DNA of 64,000 bases from an uncultured Candidatus Micrarchaeota archaeon (GTDB lineage Archaea; Micrarchaeota; Micrarchaeia; Burarchaeales; Fermentimicrarchaeaceae), in contig CAVXDX010000003.1 in assembly GCA_963760615.1 (NCBI GenBank), positions 109,915-173,914 of the forward strand, in the 5' to 3' direction. A model generated the notes under the pieces. The model worked only from the letters and a program-made list of their open reading frames with translations. It did no database searches and was not told the DNA's origin. Below are positions 46,501 through 53,346 of the stretch, in pieces. Positions within the stretch are counted from its first letter, which is position 1, and each line of letters opens with the position of its first letter. Made by a program: the position numbers and the translations under genes.

Positions 46501-49073
46501 TCAACGGTGACGGCAAGGATGAAATAATAGTTTTTCAACCAGGAGAGAATACTGCTAGTTTTGGACAAGAAGTCCCAGGAATAATATCTGTTTTCAGTCA
46601 AGATGGAACACTTTTATATAATTGGTCTATACCAAGTCCTACTATTCCGCCTGGTGGTCTTGGTACCCCTTTAGGTGGAATGGGTTCAGTGTGGCTTCCA
46701 CCATTTGCAGTTGCGCCTCCTTCTGTTGCAAATATAGACGGTGATAATGATGAAGAAATTGTAATCCCAGTTGCTCCTGCCCCTACAGAAGTTGCTACTT
46801 TAAATGTTTATGAATATAACGGCACATTATTAAAAACTCTAGATTCTTCAAGAGATAATTATGATTTTAGGAATGAGCCTCTAATAGCAAATTTGTTCAA
46901 TAATGGAACTATGTATGTTGTAAAAAAAGTTGATTATTGCGAAATAGAGCAGCCTCAACCGAACGTACATGAATGGGATGCTTGCTTGAAAGTTTATGAC
47001 CCTCAAGGGAATATGCTAAACGGTTGGCCTGTTTCAACCAAGCCTTCCGCCGGAGCGCTAATAATGTTTGGAAAAGTTAATCCAAATCAAGTTGTTGGTC
47101 ATTTTGAAAACAATAAGAACTCGGACATTGTCGACTTTTCTACTGTTCATTGGAATCCTCGGGGTAATCGTGATGGCCTTAAACTCACTGTTTATACGCC
47201 AAACGGAACCATTCTCCCAGGATTTCCTGTTGTATGGGATGACGGTCTTATCCACACAGCCTCAGACCCTGTTGTAGGAGACATTAACAGGGATGGAAAA
47301 GATGAAATAATTTTTGTTCATAATGGCGGTACTCTAACTGCCGTAGATAGTAATGGCAATACACTGTGGACTCAGAATTTTCAAGTGCAAGGAGCAGGAG
47401 GTAATACTTATCAGTATTCAAAATCTCCTGCTTTGATTGATATTAATCATGACGGTTATCTAGAGATTGTATTAGTAACAGGTAGTCACGAATACATCGT
47501 AGATCATACAGGAAATATTATTAAAGATTTTATAATAGCATATGGTGTTAGTAATATGGCAACTGCCCAATTTGATGATAATGCTGCTCCTATAACCGAA
47601 AAGTCACCTGTAGTCGTTGATTTGAATAATGATGGCGTTTCTGACATTTTGACAACATCACAGAATTGGGAAGCTTATAATGGTGGAGACTTTGTCGGAT
47701 TTGACGACATTCAAGAGATTCATGCCTTCAATCCTTTGGACATTAATAACAGCTCATGTTTTGACAGTAATAATGTATACCTGTGCGAAAAGAAATACTT
47801 TCCAGGTTTTCCAAAAATTATGGAATCTTCAATTTTCTTTTATGCATCTCCAGTGATTATTAATAAGGATGGAAAGGTTGAAATAGTAGCAACTTCAAGT
47901 ATGGATGACCTTTTTAAAGGAAGAGCAAGCATCTATGTTTGGGATACTAACATAACTTATGGACCAGAAGCAGCATCGTGGCCTATGTTCCAGCACGATG
48001 AGATGCATACTGGCAGGTTTGTATTCCCACTAACTCTAGTCCAATCCGTCAATCCCGCATCCGGAACTGCAGTTGCACCGGTCACACCAACATTCATCTG
48101 CGGTTATTATGACACAAATAATGCTCCAATACTTGGAGCCAGTGTTAATGTCACCATTGACTCAAATATTCACACTGCAACCTACAACTCAACTACTGGT
48201 GATTACCGCTATTCAGGCCTGACGCTCACTACGGCAACCCATAAATGGTACTGCAGTGCGTCAGCATCAGGATACAACACCAAGATAGGTGCTAACCAGA
48301 CGTATCTTTTTGTAACCCCCATGCCGGTAGCAGCCCTCAAAGGAGGCCCAAACGGACAGCTATATGTCCCCAACATAACAGGCATCAATTACCTGAAAGT
48401 GGATTTGTGGTGCAACATGAGCAACACAGACTGCCAGTTTATTGGCGGCAGGCAATACTGCGGTTGCACACGCATGCAGTGCGACCAGACAGGAGCCACT
48501 GCGGCAAACCGACCATACCCAACAATAACAAACTGGCCGGACGGCAGGATTAACCTGCAGGACACAATGTTTGAGAACCTCAATTTCGGTCAGAACGAAG
48601 GCATGCCTGCCTGGAACTACACGGCAGACTGTATTCCAGACAGGAGGACTAACCTGCAGGATACTGCTGGTGCAAGCTACAGATTTGGAGCAATAGGCGG
48701 AACCTATTCCAACAACACTGCAAATATAAAAGTCCTTTTCAACAATGACCCAAGCTTCAAGATGCCCGATGTATACGGATACATACAGATTCCTTCAGGT
48801 GCTGTGAACTTCACTGTATATAACGGAACAAAGCCAGTGATGGCGCTGGTGACATTCTACAACAGCTCAATCTTATACCAACTCGCACCTGCAACCAAAC
48901 CAAGCACTCAAGTCCAGACAACAGCTCTTATGGCACCAACCGTTGAGATGCCGGTAGGAAACACATGGACGATGGCAGTGGTTCTCATAGCAATAATAGG
49001 CTTGGTGATTGGCTACTTCATCCTAAAGGAAATTCTGTACATAAGCGTCCCAAGAAAAAAGAAGAGAAAGTAG
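43551..49073 (+). CDS. 1840-aa surface-anchored gingipain-like (C25) protease with propeptide, Ig-like, FG-GAP and dockerin-like modules
   Basis: Signal peptide; YVLLGGD, SDIYY, VGRATV, NHLGHG (H502), QACYSG (C547), NSRYGW; five DxNxDGxxEI-type repeats; C-terminal TM + RKKKRK. Confidence 0.88.
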   Translation: MMKKLVFLTVFLLLMTPSSYASLTYPTSPKGTPRISKQYMMPAPTIYTVNGLYQINMTGLSDFDRPGKPILPFKTVSLLLPLDQSFNSVEVIPSQRTEIGNYKINYGRVELPLNWGSDAYVTKKFSNVTTVINQTVYSQNSEYPGVLYSVGSISIFRGYKIIIVNLYPVQYIPSTGEVYYFKSITVNVYTDNVTSIPSTFRGLDTDKADVSSMVSNPEDIVTYNSSYKYVPSKNEFGTASLTPAQWDYVIITSSSLASAFQPLLDYKNSQGIKTTIETVENIYSKYSGKDQQEQIRNFIKDAYTNWGIKYVLLGGDGSGVNVGGESGVNIIPTRYLYPRFSQADDAIPSDIYYSDLEGSFDSNGNGYYGEPGDGCDINPSTCEVDLYADVYVGRATVANVQDVNNFVSKTIAYDSESISDPHKGEALMVGEYLGFGGVANYATNSKEEVRLGSNQNGYTTAGFYPGYSVDLMYDSPAHTWSKDDLISKINNNSANIINHLGHGSTLWVMKLCNAPYSQSGPYCGDSGVTDLSSLSNTKYFFAYSQACYSGAFDNWNYQGMYTMSDSIAEHLVKDAHGAFAVVMNSRYGWGQLFSTDGASERYDRQFFDAIFGQNITELGKANTYSKEKNIGYLSSSDPAEAGVMRYVYYETNLLGDPTTQLQTDYTKPQALITSPQMDDISYGSINVSGYAKAGKAAGSTFRNYKIFYGTGMFPTVWNSTGVTLVNYGLRPVDNNSLGTIDTTLFYDADTDFTGWDYYAYYWGSGAGAYSIKLVVYDNLGASTESITRGVGVHNIVLNQPMPRDVLGPITEIKGTVSSGYANPLTSYSIVYQPQNTTGWSASGITLTNSGTQPVYNGVLGVLNAGGLNTGWYTFRLIAVYTYNTKMQTIENVYIDTTLRPGWPQRVYFQGIDNPYFWTSHIVSSGINISNLKNLSINLSSYGKIAPGGNIVSSVNYPLYNISSLSSGFVSPYQPGNFEPVVSDINGDGKDEIIVFQPGENTASFGQEVPGIISVFSQDGTLLYNWSIPSPTIPPGGLGTPLGGMGSVWLPPFAVAPPSVANIDGDNDEEIVIPVAPAPTEVATLNVYEYNGTLLKTLDSSRDNYDFRNEPLIANLFNNGTMYVVKKVDYCEIEQPQPNVHEWDACLKVYDPQGNMLNGWPVSTKPSAGALIMFGKVNPNQVVGHFENNKNSDIVDFSTVHWNPRGNRDGLKLTVYTPNGTILPGFPVVWDDGLIHTASDPVVGDINRDGKDEIIFVHNGGTLTAVDSNGNTLWTQNFQVQGAGGNTYQYSKSPALIDINHDGYLEIVLVTGSHEYIVDHTGNIIKDFIIAYGVSNMATAQFDDNAAPITEKSPVVVDLNNDGVSDILTTSQNWEAYNGGDFVGFDDIQEIHAFNPLDINNSSCFDSNNVYLCEKKYFPGFPKIMESSIFFYASPVIINKDGKVEIVATSSMDDLFKGRASIYVWDTNITYGPEAASWPMFQHDEMHTGRFVFPLTLVQSVNPASGTAVAPVTPTFICGYYDTNNAPILGASVNVTIDSNIHTATYNSTTGDYRYSGLTLTTATHKWYCSASASGYNTKIGANQTYLFVTPMPVAALKGGPNGQLYVPNITGINYLKVDLWCNMSNTDCQFIGGRQYCGCTRMQCDQTGATAANRPYPTITNWPDGRINLQDTMFENLNFGQNEGMPAWNYTADCIPDRRTNLQDTAGASYRFGAIGGTYSNNTANIKVLFNNDPSFKMPDVYGYIQIPSGAVNFTVYNGTKPVMALVTFYNSSILYQLAPATKPSTQVQTTALMAPTVEMPVGNTWTMAVVLIAIIGLVIGYFILKEILYISVPRKKKRK
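48537..48689 (+). other. Dockerin-like duplicated EF-hand module inside the giant protease
   Basis: PDGRINLQD...FG...AWNYTADCIPDRRTNLQD...FG; DNA repeat AACCTGCAGGA twice. Confidence 0.6.
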
Positions 49074-49091
49074 TGCTTAACAAGGTGAGTG

Positions 49092-49128
49092 GGAAATCCC
49101 ACATGCTTTAGCGGTGGGAGCATGTCAC
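49092..49128 (+). mobile_element. Orphan IS200/IS605 right-end hairpin
   Basis: CCCACATGCTTTAGCGGTGGG (49098-49118) identical to 26053-26073; ends GCATGTCAC. Confidence 0.8.
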
Positions 49129-49174
49129 GCAGCGTTCATAACAGAAGATATTGGGCATTTCAAGCTTTCTGACC

Positions 49175-49549
49175 TCACTCAAAGTATGCAAGCGGGGTGC
49201 ACCTCTTCTCAAACAAAGCGAATGCAATCACCTTCGCATCCTCCTTGTCCTTGCTTATCTTCGCAGCATCCTCCAAGCACTCCTTCAGCAGCTTGATTTG
49301 GTACTGCCTGTACCTGTCATACTTGTCCTTTGCAACCTCTGCCTCGCTTATCACAGCTATGGAGCCTATCTCCCTCGTCGCATCGTCATATTCAACAGTC
49401 ACCTGACTGCCCCTCCGCAGCTTCCTCACTTCGGCAGGGAAATCCTTGGGATATGTAAAAAAAATTCTCTCCTCATCAACATCAACTGCAACCCAGTTCC
49501 TGTTGTTCTTCCTCCCAGCACCGAAAAACTTGCCTGTGACATCACCCAT
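49175..49549 (-). CDS. Small hypothetical protein, possible OB-fold plus helical tail
   Basis: Beta-rich VTGKFF...WVAVDV...LRRGSQVTVEYD, then helix; fold is a guess. Confidence 0.55.
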   Translation of the reverse strand: MGDVTGKFFGAGRKNNRNWVAVDVDEERIFFTYPKDFPAEVRKLRRGSQVTVEYDDATREIGSIAVISEAEVAKDKYDRYRQYQIKLLKECLEDAAKISKDKEDAKVIAFALFEKRCTPLAYFE

Positions 49550-49694
49550 ATGCTCGCCTCCGTATGTATTTTCGCAGATGATATAATAAACATTAACTTT
49601 GCAGAATCAATAAATTGTTGGTTAATGAAATTAAGTACACTGAGCCTTGCAAAATAACAAAAAGTATTAAACCTACAATTACGTAAAAACTAAT

Positions 49695-50780
49695 ATGCAT
49701 GTTGAGAGGAAACTGCCGGAAAGAACGCACTTCGGAGATAAACCCGTATCCTGCACTCAGTATCTCACGAAAGACAAGCAGATTACAACGTTCTGGGAGT
49801 ACGCTGATCGACTCGGAGTTAAGAGCACTATCCTTATCCATCTTGTAATTACTCCCAACAAGGAACTAATAGAAGCAAGAATAACCGACAGAACATTGGG
49901 CTTTACTAATAACACTATCATATACGACAAATCGGCTGAACCAGTACAACGTTCTTATCCTCCTGGGCGTCAGAGAATAGCAGAAGATTACCAGGCAAAG
50001 TTAAAACTTTTCCTCGAGAGCGTGGATATAACTATCACACCCGCGCTTCCCTCTGCTGAAAAAACCTTCAAAAATCTTGCAGCAAGTGGAGAAGGGGTAG
50101 CCGCTAAGAAGGAGCCAGAATTTTCAAAGGTTATGAAAATTCAAAGAAGAGGTAGTGCGATGCATGTAGTCATCCCGACTGAAATAGTAAGACAATGGGG
50201 ACTGCAGGATGGTCAAATAGCATACTGGAAGATTCTAGGTGACCGTTTCACCCTAAAAACAGTAAAAGGTGTGCACGAGAATGTCGTACAAGTGTATGGA
50301 CCGGGGTACGGGAGATTAGGTCTCAGCATCCCAAGAAAAATTCAAAAGGATTCTGGTTTCGAGGCAGACATGACTTTCAAGCTGGAAGAGGTCTCAATTG
50401 GAGATGACAAATTCATCAAGCTGATACCAACGAAGGGAGAGTGGGATGCTAGAATTTACGGTAAGCCAGGAGACTTAAGGATGGGGTTCTCCAAATCAGT
50501 TTCGGGGACTCTTATACAACCGTATATGCTGCTCGATTGGAAGATTAAAGAAAAGGAGAGCTTTCTGGAAATACTTGGCACCCATCCCTATAATATAACC
50601 ATCTGGGAGGTGGAGAAAGAAGGTTCTCTGTGTGCAGCTATCCCAAAGAGACTGATAAAAGATATGGAACGCATGAAGCGCATGAACTTTGAGAACTGCG
50701 AGAATGTAGTGTGGACGATGGAGGAAGGCGAAGCATTTCTAAGACCCATCTTGCCAGAGGACATAACTCGTAAAAGTTAA
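49695..50780 (+). CDS. Protein with up to four tandem AbrB/MazE-like swapped-hairpin modules
   Basis: KIQRRGSAMHVVIPTEIVRQWGL, QVYGPGYGRLGLSIPRKI, RIYGKPGDLRMGF, EKEGSLCAAIPKRLI. Confidence 0.65.
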   Translation: MHVERKLPERTHFGDKPVSCTQYLTKDKQITTFWEYADRLGVKSTILIHLVITPNKELIEARITDRTLGFTNNTIIYDKSAEPVQRSYPPGRQRIAEDYQAKLKLFLESVDITITPALPSAEKTFKNLAASGEGVAAKKEPEFSKVMKIQRRGSAMHVVIPTEIVRQWGLQDGQIAYWKILGDRFTLKTVKGVHENVVQVYGPGYGRLGLSIPRKIQKDSGFEADMTFKLEEVSIGDDKFIKLIPTKGEWDARIYGKPGDLRMGFSKSVSGTLIQPYMLLDWKIKEKESFLEILGTHPYNITIWEVEKEGSLCAAIPKRLIKDMERMKRMNFENCENVVWTMEEGEAFLRPILPEDITRKS

Positions 50781-50810
50781 TGATGGGTTAGGACAGCTCA
50801 TTGAATGAAA

Positions 50811-51239
50811 CTATATCCTCTTCCTGAAAACCAGCCACCCCATCTTCGTCTTAATCATGGCATACATTCCATTCAGCTTCTTCCCCCCAAGCTCGAACTC
50901 AATCTTGTTGTCTTCCCACAGTTTCACTTTCGCTTTTCCCTTATCATAAATTTTTACGGTTCCAGCACCGTACATACCCTTTGGAATTACCCCTTCAAAA
51001 TTTGCGTATTCAAGAGGGTGGTCCTCAGTTGGCACCGCAAGCCTTTTTTCATCGCCTTCTGGAAACCCCTTCGGCACAGCCCAGCTTTTCAGCACACCCT
51101 CCTTCTCAAGCCTGAAATCGTGGTGCCAGTGGGAAGCCTGGTGCTCCTGGATAACGAAAATCCCACCTGCGCTTTTTAGCTCTCCCCTTGGCTCAGGGCT
51201 TTTTGAGAGATCCCTCTTCTTCTTGTATTCCTCAAGCAT
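50811..51239 (-). CDS. Stand-alone LigD 3'-phosphoesterase (PE) domain
   Basis: LEEYKKKRD, FVIQEHQASHWHHDFRLE, LKSWAVPKG, TEDHPLEY, YGAGTV. Confidence 0.92.
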   Translation of the reverse strand: MLEEYKKKRDLSKSPEPRGELKSAGGIFVIQEHQASHWHHDFRLEKEGVLKSWAVPKGFPEGDEKRLAVPTEDHPLEYANFEGVIPKGMYGAGTVKIYDKGKAKVKLWEDNKIEFELGGKKLNGMYAMIKTKMGWLVFRKRI

Positions 51240-51625
51240 CAAAGAAGCCTCTTCTCACCAGTTATTTTCTGTATATCTGTGATATCCTGAGTGACCTCTA
51301 TGCACCCCTTATACTCCCCTTTTCTGCTCCTCACTGCGAAATATCTTATGTAGATTTTCTTGCCGTTCAAATCAATCCAGAACTCTGCAGAATCCCTCTT
51401 CCCACTCCTGAATTCAAAGAGTATTCTGTTCACTGCAGCCAAGCTTTTTTCTGGGTGGCACTTCTGCACGCTCCTCCCTATAACCGAAGCAGGCCTCTGG
51501 AAAATCTCCCTGCGGCCTTCCTTGTTGAAATACCTTACGGTTTCATCTGCATCTATAAAAGAGAATTCAAAAGGCAGCGCATCCAGTATGTCATCCAGAT
51601 ACTCCTTCGGCACGTCCTCAATCAT
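51239..51625 (-). CDS. Stand-alone PAS domain (PAS_10-like)
   Basis: ILDALPFEFSFIDADETVRYFN, IGRSVQKCHP, AEFWIDL, YKGCIEVTQDIT. Confidence 0.88.
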   Translation of the reverse strand: MIEDVPKEYLDDILDALPFEFSFIDADETVRYFNKEGRREIFQRPASVIGRSVQKCHPEKSLAAVNRILFEFRSGKRDSAEFWIDLNGKKIYIRYFAVRSRKGEYKGCIEVTQDITDIQKITGEKRLL

Positions 51626-52233
51626 TTTTCCACCTCAAGCTCAACTTCAACAACTTTGCCAGCGGGCTTCTCCTCCTTAAAAACCTGGCTCTGGAACTTG
51701 TAGATTTTAACCTTGGGGCTCAGCCACACGTCAACGGGCACGCCAGCCTTGTAGCATGTCTGCGAGAGAAACTCCTCTTCATCCCATCCCTGCTCAACAG
51801 GCACTATGGGGAGAAGCAGCCCAGAGTAATACCCATACTCCACAATCAACCCGTCCTTCCCCACCCTTACCCTCTTGGGGTATTCTTTCGGGTCACTGAC
51901 TTTTATAACTTCTGGAACCGTAAGCACACTTATCTCAATGGTGCATTTGTCCAGCTCTCTTCTGCTCATCTCCGGAAACCTGGGGTCACATGTTGCAGAG
52001 CTTATCGCGCAGTCCACAACAGACTGTGCAAGCTCCTTGACTGGATAGGGATACCCTATGCAGCCCCTCAGCCCCTTCTCTGGGCATGTCTCAATGGTTA
52101 CGAAAACTCCCCTCTTTTCAAGAAGCGATGCAGGAGGGTTGTCAGGTTCTATGGTAATTCTTTTTTCTAGGTATACCTCAATGGCCTTCCTAGCAAGCCT
52201 TATCAGATATTCTCCCTCATCCAAAGAGAGCAT
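51622..52233 (-). CDS. AMMECR1-domain protein (TIGR00296-like)
   Basis: RGVFVT, LRGCIG, DPRFP, EISVLT, GLLLP, FLSQTCYKAG. Confidence 0.93.
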   Translation of the reverse strand: MLSLDEGEYLIRLARKAIEVYLEKRITIEPDNPPASLLEKRGVFVTIETCPEKGLRGCIGYPYPVKELAQSVVDCAISSATCDPRFPEMSRRELDKCTIEISVLTVPEVIKVSDPKEYPKRVRVGKDGLIVEYGYYSGLLLPIVPVEQGWDEEEFLSQTCYKAGVPVDVWLSPKVKIYKFQSQVFKEEKPAGKVVEVELEVEK

Positions 52234-52241
52234 ACAATCAC

Positions 52242-53105
52242 CTAACCCCAGGGGGATATACCCACCAGCCTCATCATTATCAGGTATTTCACAAGCGGGA
52301 AGAGCAGAAGGTAAAATGGGGCCACCAGGGGTATTGCTATTCTGAAGCCGGCGAGTATGGAGCCCTGCGAGAGCAGCAGGACCAACAAGCCTGGCACTAT
52401 GCCAGTGAGGAATATGAGAAATATGGAATATTTCACTGATTCATTCGTGTATACTGATATGGAGCTCCTTCTTGAAGTCTCAATTTCTCTTATGAAGCTC
52501 TCAAGGACATTCACTATGTTGACACCACTCCCCATCGCATAGCTCAGTGTTGCGACAAACCTCTGGAAAGTAACCGAGGGGGTCCTCATGGAAATCTCCA
52601 CGAATGCATCGCTTATTTCCTCCCCTTCCTTGATTCTCACCAGGCTCTGCCTGAACAGCTCGGAGACGACACCATAATTCTCTCTTGCGATGGACTCTAT
52701 TGCATCATGCAGCGGTATGCCCGAACGCAGTTCTGAAAGCAGATGTCTCAGCGAGTCAAGCAGGTTCAGGTCGACATCCCTCTTCCTGCTGTTCACTATG
52801 AAATCAAAATAGCTGACTGCCATAAATGTTGAAACAAAAAGCATTATAAGAGAGAGAAAGAGAGCGAGGTAAATGGTGAATTGAAAGTAGGCTGCGATAA
52901 AAGAAAAATAAATCGCTGAGAGCACGAATGAAGTTACTCCCACACCAACTACAAATGAGGAATAACCCCCGGGCGTTATATCTATGCCAGACTGCAGTAT
53001 CCTTAGCTTGGTTGCCCTTGAAGTGGGTATCACCCTCTGCGGGTTTATACCGAGTTTTGAGAAAATCTTTGACCAGAACGCTGAGAAATCCACTACAAAA
53101 TCCAT
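52242..53105 (-). CDS. T2SS-F / TadC / ArlJ-like membrane platform protein
   Basis: LRHLLSELRSGIPLHDAI...YGVVSELF...SGVNIVNVLE; flanking TM pairs. Confidence 0.85.
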   Translation of the reverse strand: MDFVVDFSAFWSKIFSKLGINPQRVIPTSRATKLRILQSGIDITPGGYSSFVVGVGVTSFVLSAIYFSFIAAYFQFTIYLALFLSLIMLFVSTFMAVSYFDFIVNSRKRDVDLNLLDSLRHLLSELRSGIPLHDAIESIARENYGVVSELFRQSLVRIKEGEEISDAFVEISMRTPSVTFQRFVATLSYAMGSGVNIVNVLESFIREIETSRRSSISVYTNESVKYSIFLIFLTGIVPGLLVLLLSQGSILAGFRIAIPLVAPFYLLLFPLVKYLIMMRLVGISPWG

Positions 53106-53109
53106 AGGC

Positions 53110-53346
53110 TCACTTCAGGATACTCTTTATCCTTGGCATGAATTCCTCCCTCTTGTTCCTTGGGGTGTTGTAGTATGCGTGAATCACCTTTCCGACATCA
53201 AAGAAATTCGTTATGCCGTTATTCGCAAGGTAGTTCAACACCTGCGCCCTCCTTTTGAATTCATCGCGGAGTTCCCCCTCTGTAAGATTGAAGCTCTGGG
53301 CGTACTTATTCAGCGTTTTTGAGGGGTATCGGCCGAACACTCTCAA
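53110..53346 (-). CDS. C-terminal helical segment of the secretion ATPase, in +1 frame
   Basis: PSKTLNKYA...ELRDEFKRRAQVLNYL...IHAYYNTP is the usual C-terminus of archaeal pilus ATPases; no independent RBS recognised. Confidence 0.75.
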   Translation of the reverse strand: MRVFGRYPSKTLNKYAQSFNLTEGELRDEFKRRAQVLNYLANNGITNFFDVGKVIHAYYNTPRNKREEFMPRIKSILK

